Positions 9,342 through 18,117 of a stretch of 64,000 bases of DNA are shown piece by piece. Position 1 is the first letter of the stretch. Each line of letters begins with the position of its first letter. The notes below the pieces were generated by a model, which saw only the letters and a list, made by a program, of their open reading frames with translations, made no database searches and was not told the DNA's origin. A program made the position numbers and the translations under genes. Source of the DNA: Candidatus Multivoradales bacterium (lineage in GTDB: Bacteria; Acidobacteriota; Thermoanaerobaculia; Multivoradales; JAHEKO01). The stretch lies in contig CBDCXM010000009.1 in NCBI GenBank assembly GCA_965223855.1, positions 320,001 to 384,000 on the forward strand. The letters are read 5' to 3'.

Positions 9342-12300
9342 ATGCCGCTATCCGCGCGGAAAGCCGAGTCCCTTCAGGCGCGCCTCGAGGCGTTGCCTGA
9401 AGACACGCGGAGGATCGTCCTGCTGCGTGCCGCGGACGGAGACGAGACGTCGCTCCAGGCACTCGAGGCCGTGACCGGCGCCGGTTGGGACGCCGCTACC
9501 GGAGGGGCACTCCACGGAGCTCTGATCGAAGACCTCGAGCGTGAGCTCGACCGCGTAGCGCCCCCGACCGGCGGCCTCGAGGGCACCACGGTCGGGCCGA
9601 TCAGGATCGACGAGCTTCTCGGCGTCGGCGGCATGGGTGAGGTCTACCGCGGATTCGACACCCGGCTCGAGCGGAAGGTGGCCGTCAAGTGCCTGCGTAG
9701 GGATCGATCCTGGACGAAGCAGGCCCGGGAGCGAGCGGCCCGCGAGGCGCGCATCCTGTCGCAGCTCAATCATCCGGCGCTGTGCCAGATCTACGACCTG
9801 GTCGAGCACGAGGAGGCGGAACTCCTGCTCATCGAGTACGTCGAGGGGCGCACTCTCGCCGACTTCCTCGATGAGCACCCCTCGGAAGAGAGCCTTCTCG
9901 ACGTCGCCGAGCAGATCCTCGAGGGTCTGGGCGCCGCACACTCGAGGGGGGTCGTTCATCGGGACCTCAAGCCGGGCAATGTGATGGTCGATCGGGGCGG
10001 CGCCGCCAAGATCCTCGACTTCGGCATCGCCAGCCGTACCGGCTCGGAGGACGTGAGTCGGCCCGGGCGGCAGCCTGGACAGCAGTCCGGGCAGGGGCGC
10101 GAGATCGACGTCGCCGACAGTCGACTGACCGCCGAGGGTCAGATTCTCGGCACCGTAGGTGCGATGAGCCCAGAACAGGCTCGCGGCGAACGGGCGACGC
10201 CGGCGAGCGACCTCTACTCCTTCGGCATACTCCTGCTCGAGGCTCTGTGCGGACGCTCCGCCTACGCCGGCAGTCGTGGCATCGAGCTTCTGCGCCGCGT
10301 GCGCGACGCCGCCGTGGACTTTCCTCCCTCGCTTCCGTCGGCAATGGCGAGCTTCCTCCAGCGTCTGCTCGCCGCCGATCCAGAAGCGCGGCCCACGGCG
10401 CCGCAGGCCCTGGCGCAACTGCGGAAACTACGGCGCAGTCGGGGTCGGCGACAGCGACTGGGTGCGCTCGTCTTCACGGCGATGGCCATCGCGGTTGGCA
10501 TCGGTTGGTTCTTCGCCAACCGGGAAGCGCCCGTCGATTCGACGGTTCCGACGGTCACGCAACAGACGGTCGCCGCCGCCTCGACGGTGGCCCTGCTCGA
10601 CTTCGACGGCGAAGAAGCCGGCGTGCCGGCGTGGCTCGGAGAGGCCGTGCCCGAGATCCTCAGCGCCCGCCTCGCCGAGCGGCCGACCCTCCATGTCGTC
10701 CCTCGCCGCAACGTCGCACTCGCCGAGAGCGAGCCGCGCGCAGACACGGACGCCGCCGGTCGGCGACGATGGCTCGCGGAACTCGTTGGTGCACGCCATC
10801 TGGTGTCGGGAACCCTGTCGATGGGCACCGGCGAGTCGATCTCGCTGCAGGTCCGACTCTGGGAACCTGCGGTCACGACCGAGCCGGTGGGCCTGGTCGA
10901 GATCGACGGCACGATCGATGGTCTCGGAGACACGATCGGCGAACTCGAAAGCCGGTTGCTGGCGACGATGGGACTCGACCGAACCGAGGAGCCCCATGCT
11001 GCCGCCTCGACGGCGACGCTGCCGGCCTCGCGAGAAGCCGCCGAGGCCTATCTCGCGGGCCTGGCGGAGCTGCGTCGCTTCGACCTCGAGGCGGCGCTGA
11101 AGGACCTCCAGACGTCGGCTCGTCTCGAGCCTTCGTTCGCCCTCGCACACTCCGCCCTCGCGGACGCCTGGAGAGCGGTCGGCAACGACCCGGCCGAGCG
11201 CCGCGCGGCGCAGAGGGCGTGGGAGTTGCGCGACAACCTCGGACGCCGCGAGCAGATTCTGATCGAGGCCCGGTTCCACCGCGCGCATGGTCGGTGGGAC
11301 GAGGCGACCGGGGCTCTTCGCAGCCTTCGGCGCTTTTATCCCGCGGACCTCGAGGTGGCCCTTCAACTGGCCGAGGTCGAGGTCGCGGCAGGACGGCCCG
11401 AGCCGGCGATGGATCTGCTCGAAGAGCTTCAGGAACTCTCCGCCGACCCGCGGATCGACCTCCAGTGGGCCGCCGCGGGCGGCGCCATGTCCGACTTCAC
11501 CACCCAGCTCGAGCACTCGCGTCGCGCACGCGTCAAAGGTCGGACCCTGGGATCGAATCGCTTCGTCGCCGACGCCACGGCGCAGATCGGCTGGGCCCTT
11601 CACCAGCTCGGCCGCAACGACGAAGCCGTCGTCGAGCTCGACCAGGCACGGGTGCTCTACCGGTCGGTAGGCGATGTCCGAGGCGACGCGGCGGCGGCGC
11701 TGTCTCTCGGATCGATCGCCTGGCACCAGGCCCGGTTCGAGCAGGCGGAGACGTTCCTCGGCGAGGCGGCGCGAGGGTTCGCGGCCGTCGGGCATCGAGC
11801 GGGCGAGGTGCGCGCCATCAACGGCCTCGGAGCCATCGCCACCAGCCGCGCACGCCTGGCAGAGGCCACCGAGCTCCTCCAGACGGCCGTGGCGGGAGCA
11901 AGGGAACTCGAAGACTCCGAGAACCTGGCGCGAGCGCTCAACAACCTCGCCAGCGCGCTGAGCGTTCGCGGCCTGCTCGAGGCCTCCGTGGCCGCCTCCA
12001 CCGAGAGCGCCACACTGCGTCGTCGTCAGGGGGACCTGGTCCGGGCCGTCTGGACCGAGATCAACGCTGCGAGCTGCCTCATCCGTCTCGGTCGCCTCGA
12101 CGACGCCGCCGACTTCGTCGAGCGGGCCGGAGCAACCGCCGAAACGCTCGATGACGCCTACCTTCGGACCCTTGCGGTAGAAGCCCGCGCTTCCCTCGCA
12201 CTCGCGGCCGGGGACTTCGAGTCCGCGCGACGACTGGCGGAGGAGGCCGAGGGACCGGCTGCCGGCGAAACCAATCGGGGATGGCTCCTGAGCGACGTCC

Positions 12301-12923
12301 TCGCTACCCAGGCTCGAATCGCCTTCGAGCAAGGCGAGCTCGAGGAGGCCTCGACCCTCTTCGAGCGGGCCCTCGGCAACGCTCAGACCTCCAGCGGGCC
12401 CTCGTCGATCTGGTCGCTGCGCCTGCACGCCGCACGGGCCGCACTGGCGGCGGGCGACCGTGCGGGCGCCGAGGCGGCGGCGAACGAGGTAGCCGAGCAG
12501 ATGGACGAACAGGAATCTCCCAGAGCGGGTGAGGCGTGGGCCCTCGTCGCGCGAGCCCGCTATGCGGACGGACGCTCCGCCGAGGCCCGCGAGGCACTTT
12601 CCCTCGCCCTCGAGCATCGCGATCTGCTGGAGGAGCGCAGCGGGCAGATCGAGACCGACGTCGCCGTGCTGGAGGTTTCCCGCTCCGCTCCCGAGCGCTC
12701 CGCGGCTCGCCGGAGACTCGAGGCGGCGACCGCCGAGTTCGACTTCCTGGGCGCCGATCTCGCCCTCGAGCGCAGTCGTCTGGGACTACTCATCGCCGAT
12801 GCAGCGGCCGATTCGGCGGCGGCGGGTCCGGAGATCGAAGCCTTCGCGCGCGCCGCTCGCGAGCGTGGCTTCGGGCTCGTCGCCAGAGAGGCCGAAGCCC
12901 TCCTCTCTCCTTCTCCTCTCTGA
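9342..12923 (+). CDS. Hanks-type Ser/Thr kinase with TM, TolB/CsgG-like domain and long TPR array
   Basis: LGVGGMGEVY, VAVK, HRDLKPGN, LDFG, MSPEQ, SDLYSFG; TM and TPRs follow. Start trimmed from 8328 to the ATG at 9342 because the extension overlaps the sigma gene. Confidence 0.9.
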   Translation: MPLSARKAESLQARLEALPEDTRRIVLLRAADGDETSLQALEAVTGAGWDAATGGALHGALIEDLERELDRVAPPTGGLEGTTVGPIRIDELLGVGGMGEVYRGFDTRLERKVAVKCLRRDRSWTKQARERAAREARILSQLNHPALCQIYDLVEHEEAELLLIEYVEGRTLADFLDEHPSEESLLDVAEQILEGLGAAHSRGVVHRDLKPGNVMVDRGGAAKILDFGIASRTGSEDVSRPGRQPGQQSGQGREIDVADSRLTAEGQILGTVGAMSPEQARGERATPASDLYSFGILLLEALCGRSAYAGSRGIELLRRVRDAAVDFPPSLPSAMASFLQRLLAADPEARPTAPQALAQLRKLRRSRGRRQRLGALVFTAMAIAVGIGWFFANREAPVDSTVPTVTQQTVAAASTVALLDFDGEEAGVPAWLGEAVPEILSARLAERPTLHVVPRRNVALAESEPRADTDAAGRRRWLAELVGARHLVSGTLSMGTGESISLQVRLWEPAVTTEPVGLVEIDGTIDGLGDTIGELESRLLATMGLDRTEEPHAAASTATLPASREAAEAYLAGLAELRRFDLEAALKDLQTSARLEPSFALAHSALADAWRAVGNDPAERRAAQRAWELRDNLGRREQILIEARFHRAHGRWDEATGALRSLRRFYPADLEVALQLAEVEVAAGRPEPAMDLLEELQELSADPRIDLQWAAAGGAMSDFTTQLEHSRRARVKGRTLGSNRFVADATAQIGWALHQLGRNDEAVVELDQARVLYRSVGDVRGDAAAALSLGSIAWHQARFEQAETFLGEAARGFAAVGHRAGEVRAINGLGAIATSRARLAEATELLQTAVAGARELEDSENLARALNNLASALSVRGLLEASVAASTESATLRRRQGDLVRAVWTEINAASCLIRLGRLDDAADFVERAGATAETLDDAYLRTLAVEARASLALAAGDFESARRLAEEAEGPAAGETNRGWLLSDVLATQARIAFEQGELEEASTLFERALGNAQTSSGPSSIWSLRLHAARAALAAGDRAGAEAAANEVAEQMDEQESPRAGEAWALVARARYADGRSAEAREALSLALEHRDLLEERSGQIETDVAVLEVSRSAPERSAARRRLEAATAEFDFLGADLALERSRLGLLIADAAADSAAAGPEIEAFARAARERGFGLVAREAEALLSPSPL

Positions 12924-12954
12924 CCGCCGCCAACCGCACAGTCGCCAGATCCCT

Positions 12955-12980
12955 TCTCTGGCGGAATCTCTGGCGGAATC
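12955..12980 (+). repeat. 12-bp tandem direct repeat TCTCTGGCGGAA x2
   Basis: Read directly in the intergenic region upstream of the delta-60 gene. Confidence 0.6.
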
Positions 12981-13052
12981 GCGCACGGATGGCGTAAGGG
13001 AGGTCAGAGGGGCGCTACGAACCGCGCCTCGCCGACCAGGAGGAGATTCCCG

Positions 13053-14435
13053 ATGCCCGCCAACGTCCGCCGTGTCTCGTACTCGACAGTACTTGTCGCC
13101 ACCTTCCTCGCCGTACCGGTAGCAACCGGCGCCACCGGCGACCTCGACCCGAGCTGGGGCAACGGCGGCAAGGTGGTGATCGCCTTCAACCTCGGCGGCA
13201 ACAACTCCGACCGGCTCTCCGACCTTGTCACCCTGCCGGACGGCAGCACGGTCGCCGCGGGCACGGTACAGACCGGCACGACCGACTCCGATTTCGGAGT
13301 CGTCAAGCTCGACCCGGACGGGCAGATCGACCCTTCTTTCGGTACCAACGGCAGCACGGTCGTTCCGTTCAACCTCGGAGGAGACCTGATCGACTACGTA
13401 TCAGCCGCCGCGCTTCAGTCGGACGGCAAGATCGTGATCGCCGGCGCCGCACAATGGACCGCCACGGACTGGGACATGGCGGTAGTGAGGCTGCATCCCA
13501 ACGGCGCGCTCGACTCGAGCTTCGCCGGCACCGGCAAGCTGACGGTGCCGTTCGACCTCGGTGGCGGCCTCTTCGACGAGGCGCTCGACGTGGTGATCCA
13601 GCCGGACGGCAGGATCCTCCTGATCGGTGGTGCGGAGCTCGCGACCGGCAACGACTGCACCGTGGTCCGACTGCTCTCGAACGGCAATCTGGACGGATCG
13701 TTCGGAACCGGCGGCAAAGCCGTGATCTCGCCCGATCTCGGCGGCGGCCTCTGGGACATCTGCTTCGCCGGCGATGTCCAGGACGACGGCCGCATCGTCC
13801 TGTCCGGCATGGCGGAGACAGCGGGCGACCGCAAGATGATCGCGATCCGCCTCACCTCCAGCGGTGGGCTCGACTCGACGTTCGACGGTGACGGTCTGAG
13901 CGTCGTCGACTTCCAGAGCGGTGGCGACGAGCGAGCCGGCGAACTGGTGCTGGTCGGCGGCAAGGTCGTCCTCGGCGGCAAGATCGACGACGGTTCCGGC
14001 ATCGCTCGTCTGAACCAGAACGGCTCGCTCGATACGAGCTTCTCGGGCGACGGCAAGTTGGAGTTCGCTCCCAGCGGCAACGACGACTTCCTCACGCACC
14101 TCGACGCCCTCCCGAGCGGAGAGATCGTCGCCTTCGGCTACGGCCAGCCCACCGGCGTCAACTACGACTTCTTTGTCGCGCAATTGCGCGACGACGGCTC
14201 TTTCGACCCCGGCTTCGGTAGCGGCGGCACCTCCTGGGTTCCCTTCGACCTCGGCGGCTCGAACCACGATCGCGTCTCCAGCGGACGGGTGCGCGGCGAC
14301 GGCTCCATGATGGTGGGAGGCCGAGTCTCAGTCTCCGACAGCGACTTCGCGCTGGCTCTCCTCCAGGGGCCGTTCATCTTCTCCGACGACTTCGAGTCCG
14401 GCGACCTGAGCGCCTGGTCGACGGTCGTGCCCTGA
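13053..14435 (+). CDS. Secreted delta-60 repeat beta-propeller protein with C-terminal IFSDDFESGDLSAWS tag
   Basis: Repeated Q-x-DG-K/R-I-V...RL-xx-NG-x-LD-x-SFG-xx-G units, signal peptide, AGGAGGAG RBS. Confidence 0.88.
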   Translation: MPANVRRVSYSTVLVATFLAVPVATGATGDLDPSWGNGGKVVIAFNLGGNNSDRLSDLVTLPDGSTVAAGTVQTGTTDSDFGVVKLDPDGQIDPSFGTNGSTVVPFNLGGDLIDYVSAAALQSDGKIVIAGAAQWTATDWDMAVVRLHPNGALDSSFAGTGKLTVPFDLGGGLFDEALDVVIQPDGRILLIGGAELATGNDCTVVRLLSNGNLDGSFGTGGKAVISPDLGGGLWDICFAGDVQDDGRIVLSGMAETAGDRKMIAIRLTSSGGLDSTFDGDGLSVVDFQSGGDERAGELVLVGGKVVLGGKIDDGSGIARLNQNGSLDTSFSGDGKLEFAPSGNDDFLTHLDALPSGEIVAFGYGQPTGVNYDFFVAQLRDDGSFDPGFGSGGTSWVPFDLGGSNHDRVSSGRVRGDGSMMVGGRVSVSDSDFALALLQGPFIFSDDFESGDLSAWSTVVP

Positions 14436-14442
14436 CGGCTCT

Positions 14443-15015
14443 TCACTCGCCCGGATCGACGGCGATTGCCTCCACGAGACGCAGGACCAGGGTAGTCGTT
14501 CCTGCATCGATGGAGTCGCCGGCGGCGAGGAGGGCCGATTGGACCCGCTCGCCGTTGACAAAGGTGCCGTTGCTGCTGCCGAGATCCCGGAGCACGAACT
14601 CCCCACCGCGACGCTCGATCTGGAAGTGCAGGCTCGAAATCGCCTCGTCGGGAAGGACGATGTCGGCCGCCGTGCGACCCACGGTCGTGACGCCGCTCCC
14701 GAGGGGATAGCGGCCGGCCGGCGGACCCTTGCCGGCAACGACGAGCGACGCCTGAAAGACCGTCTCAGGGACCTCTCCGTCTCCAGCCGCCTCTCCCCCG
14801 TCGAGAATGCTGGTCGACGAGCCGAACGGAACGGTGGCGGACGGATCGGCGTCACGACCCGTCTCGGAGTGGAGCACGGTCTCCGCCCCGTCGAAGGCGA
14901 TCGAGAACTCGATCGCAGCCCTGCACGACGGGCAGTTGAGCCGCACGAATGCGTTGCCCTTCGTGTCGGGGATCTCGATCTCGTGACCGCAGCTCGGGCA
15001 GTTGGCGACGCTCAT
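14443..15015 (-). CDS. Zinc-ribbon + FHA domain protein
   Basis: CPSC...CPSC; FHA motifs TVGR, ISSLH, DLGSSNGTFVNG. Confidence 0.88.
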   Translation of the reverse strand: MSVANCPSCGHEIEIPDTKGNAFVRLNCPSCRAAIEFSIAFDGAETVLHSETGRDADPSATVPFGSSTSILDGGEAAGDGEVPETVFQASLVVAGKGPPAGRYPLGSGVTTVGRTAADIVLPDEAISSLHFQIERRGGEFVLRDLGSSNGTFVNGERVQSALLAAGDSIDAGTTTLVLRLVEAIAVDPGE

Positions 15016-15017
15016 TT

Positions 15018-16499
15018 CTATTTCCAGGAGAGCCGGATCACACGAGGCGGAACGAGCACCACCCGCAGGCCGGGGGAGGCGTCGCTCTCGAAGGTTCCCC
15101 AGATTCGTTTTCTCGCGCGCACCGTGCCCTCGCTACCCGAGATTCTGACTTCGACGACGTGCCGGCCTACCGGCACGGGGATTGTGGCACGGACGCTGCT
15201 GCCGCGGATCCGGTTGCGGAGCCCCTCGTTGCGAAGAGCGCGCGACCAGACCTCCCGGTCGTCGATGAGCACGGTCATCGTGCCCGACTTCAGGCGATTC
15301 CGATACTCGATGCGAAACACCGTCGCTTCGGGCTCCGTCGCCTCCGGAGCAGGCTCGTCCCCGGAATCCGGTTCGGTCGGAGCAGCAGGCGGGTCGGTCC
15401 CGGGAGCCGCCGGCTCCTCCGTCCCGCCCTCGCCCGGTCCGTCGGCATGCCCTGGTCGCCCGATCGAGACGGTTAGGCCGGGGACCGTGCCATCGGGAGC
15501 GCTCAGAGCCACGAACGTGGCCAGAAGCACCGGTACCAGGAGGAGGAGCCATCCCACTCCGAGCGTGAGCCGGGCGCCGATGCGGCCACTGCCTCCGGCC
15601 GAGGACAAGGATCGGTCTCCATCGAGGATGAGCGTGCCGGTGGGCCCGTGTGTCGAGTCCCCGGACGGCTCGATCGTCTCCTCGAGGGCACGAGCGAACG
15701 CCGCCGCCGATTGGAACCGCGCCGCGGGATCCTTGGCCAGTGCCCTCTCGATGACCGCAGCGAGCCGGGGTGACACTGCCGCGTTGAGTCTTCGAATCGG
15801 TTCCGGATCGCTCTCGATGATCCGGTAGGTGACGCTGGCGAGCGAATCCCCTCCGAACGGCGAGACTCCGGAGAGCAACTGGTAGAGGACGATCCCGAGG
15901 GAGAAGATGTCGGCGCGGTGATCGACCGGGTCGTTACGGACCTGCTCGGGAGCCATGTAGAACGGCGAGCCGAGAATCCGCCCGGTGGCGGTGTTGGACA
16001 TGGTCGTGAACTTCGCGATCCCGAAGTCCGAGATTCTCGCCCGGCCCGAACGATCGAGGAGGACATTCGCCGGCTTGACGTCGCGATGAACGAGACCGGC
16101 GGCATGGGCAGCGTCGAGCGCCTCCGCCACCTGTACCGCGATGTCGACGGCGCGCTCGACTGGAAGCGGCCCCGACTCGGCCACCAACCTGTCGAGCGAC
16201 GGCCCGTCGACCCACTCCATGGCAATGAAGGAGGTGCCGTCAGGCCCCGCGCTGGCATCGTAGACGGTCACGATCCCGGGGTGGTTGACCCTGCCGGCCG
16301 CCCGAGCCTCGAGCACGAATCGGCGCCGAAGCTCTTCCTCCTCCTCCGGGCGGCTGCTCCCGACCGGATCGAGAACCTTGATGGCGACCTTGCGATCGAT
16401 GTTCGGATCGAGCGCCAGGTAGACCCGACCCATCGACCCGCGGCCGAGTTCGCCGAGGATCTCGAAGCGGCCGATTCTCTCTGGGCCCTGATGTCTCAT
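15018..16499 (-). CDS. Membrane Ser/Thr protein kinase (PknB-like catalytic domain, small PEGA-like C-terminal domain)
   Basis: LGRGSMGRVY, VAIK, HRDVKPAN, SDFG, GSPFYMAPEQ; one TM. Start at 16499 inferred. Confidence 0.9.
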   Translation of the reverse strand: MRHQGPERIGRFEILGELGRGSMGRVYLALDPNIDRKVAIKVLDPVGSSRPEEEEELRRRFVLEARAAGRVNHPGIVTVYDASAGPDGTSFIAMEWVDGPSLDRLVAESGPLPVERAVDIAVQVAEALDAAHAAGLVHRDVKPANVLLDRSGRARISDFGIAKFTTMSNTATGRILGSPFYMAPEQVRNDPVDHRADIFSLGIVLYQLLSGVSPFGGDSLASVTYRIIESDPEPIRRLNAAVSPRLAAVIERALAKDPAARFQSAAAFARALEETIEPSGDSTHGPTGTLILDGDRSLSSAGGSGRIGARLTLGVGWLLLLVPVLLATFVALSAPDGTVPGLTVSIGRPGHADGPGEGGTEEPAAPGTDPPAAPTEPDSGDEPAPEATEPEATVFRIEYRNRLKSGTMTVLIDDREVWSRALRNEGLRNRIRGSSVRATIPVPVGRHVVEVRISGSEGTVRARKRIWGTFESDASPGLRVVLVPPRVIRLSWK

Positions 16500-16558
16500 C
16501 ACGAGCTGGAACCGCCGGCATTGTACTGACCACCGGCTGCTCGCCCCTGAGGAACAGG

Positions 16559-16741
16559 CTAGCCTGCATAGTTCACGAGATCCCGTCACGAAAGGTCGAG
16601 GTGCCCGTCAGATCAGGCCACTCGCAGCGACGAGCCCCGGAGGCGTACTTGCAGTACGTCGAGGAGGCGAGGAGTGAGGACGGCCCGAGATGGCGGGCAA
16701 GTCGACCTTGCAGTAGGGATCTCGTGAAGAATGCAGGCTAG
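16559..16741 (+). mobile_element. 183-bp palindromic MITE/REPIN-like element, copy A
   Basis: About 60-bp imperfect inverted arms CTAGCCTGCATAGTTCACGAGATCCC...GGGATCTCGTGAAGAATGCAGGCTAG; core AGGCGTACTTGCAGTACGTCGAGGAG. Mobility is inferred. Confidence 0.7.
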
Positions 16742-18030
16742 CGCGGCAGGGGTCGAACCACGACCTGAAGGAGCTCGCTGCCTCTTTGCACCTCGAAGGG
16801 GATCGGTCGCCCCGATTCGAGATAGGGGGTCAGCAGCCCCATCGGGTCGTCGCCGAACGCTTCGCCGGCGACTCTCAACAACAGGTCGCCGGTTCGAAGC
16901 CCGTCTTTCTCGGCCGCGCTGCCAGGCGCGACGGCCGTCACCTCGACGGATCCGTCCGGGCCCGGATCCAGCTGGACGCCGAGTGAGAACTTCGGGCGGT
17001 ACTCGTCGAGGAGAAGGTCGCCGAGGGCGCGGGAGACCTCGACAAAGCGTGTGTCGCCGTCCGCCATCCTCGGCTTGTTGGCGTTGGTCAGCGTGACGAC
17101 GAACGACTCTGCCATCGGCCCGCGGTAGACGAACATCTCGTAGCCGTAGGCGTCGCCGTTGCGGTTGGCGCCCGGACCGGGGCCGAAGAAGCGCTCGGCC
17201 CACTCGGGTTCGAGGATCTTCCCGTCGCGCAGGGCGGTGAGGAAGCGCCCGGTGTCGCCGGTGGTCGAGGTCTGGCCGCCGCTCCCCATCACCAGCCAGG
17301 AGGTCGGTCCCCACCACGGGGGTGCGTTCACTTCGCCGTCGCTCCGGTTGCCGTAGCCGATCGCCAGCCGCTCCTCCGGTATCGGATCGCCGTTGAAATC
17401 GGTGTCGGCCATCTCGGCGGGCCCGTAGATGTGCTCGCGGGTGTATTCCTGGAAGCTCTCGCCGCTCACGATCTCGACGATCGCCGCCAGCACCCCCCAG
17501 GCGGAGTGGGAGTGCTCGTCGCCCTCACCGGGAGGGAAGAGCAGCTCCTGAGCGAAGATGCGCCGCATCGCCTCGTCGCGATCGATCCAACTGTGATCCG
17601 GATCCCGGTCCCCCGGCAGGTCGTGAAAGTCCGGCAGGCCCGAACCGCCGGTCATCAGGTGGCGGATCGTCGTCGCCCGCTTGTCGGGAGGGACGGCATC
17701 GAAGAAGCGGGTGATCGGGTCGTCGAGCGAGAGCCGCCCTTCCTGCGCGAGCTTGAGGATCGCGACGTGGGTGAAGTCGATCGGTTGCGAGCCGACCGCG
17801 AAGATCGTCTCGGGGGTCACGGCAATCCCCTGTTCGCGATTGGCGAGGCCGTATCCGGCATCGAGGATGGTCTCGCCGTTTCTCACGACGAGCACGGCGC
17901 CGGTGAAACCGTCCTCGGCCTGCTCGTCGAGCCAGTCGGGAAGGGTCGCCCACGAGAGGGGCGTCTCGGCCGTCGCCGCAGTCGCGGCGACGCACAGGGC
18001 GATCGACAGGATCGTTCGGGTCTTCGACAT
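16738..18030 (-). CDS. Secreted beta-lactamase-fold (serine hydrolase family) protein with C-terminal PDZ domain; atypical active site
   Basis: FTGAVLV, YGLANRE, TIRHLMT, GLPD family motifs; SxxK reads SQPI and YxN reads HSH; PDZ VAPGSAAEKDGLRTGD. Confidence 0.85.
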   Translation of the reverse strand: MSKTRTILSIALCVAATAATAETPLSWATLPDWLDEQAEDGFTGAVLVVRNGETILDAGYGLANREQGIAVTPETIFAVGSQPIDFTHVAILKLAQEGRLSLDDPITRFFDAVPPDKRATTIRHLMTGGSGLPDFHDLPGDRDPDHSWIDRDEAMRRIFAQELLFPPGEGDEHSHSAWGVLAAIVEIVSGESFQEYTREHIYGPAEMADTDFNGDPIPEERLAIGYGNRSDGEVNAPPWWGPTSWLVMGSGGQTSTTGDTGRFLTALRDGKILEPEWAERFFGPGPGANRNGDAYGYEMFVYRGPMAESFVVTLTNANKPRMADGDTRFVEVSRALGDLLLDEYRPKFSLGVQLDPGPDGSVEVTAVAPGSAAEKDGLRTGDLLLRVAGEAFGDDPMGLLTPYLESGRPIPFEVQRGSELLQVVVRPLPR

Positions 18031-18117
18031 GGGGCTTCCTCCCGGGCGGACGGTCTGCTTGCGTCGTCTTATCGCTGAGATCAACTCACGACGGCTCGAT
18101 CGGTTCCGGCGGCCTCG

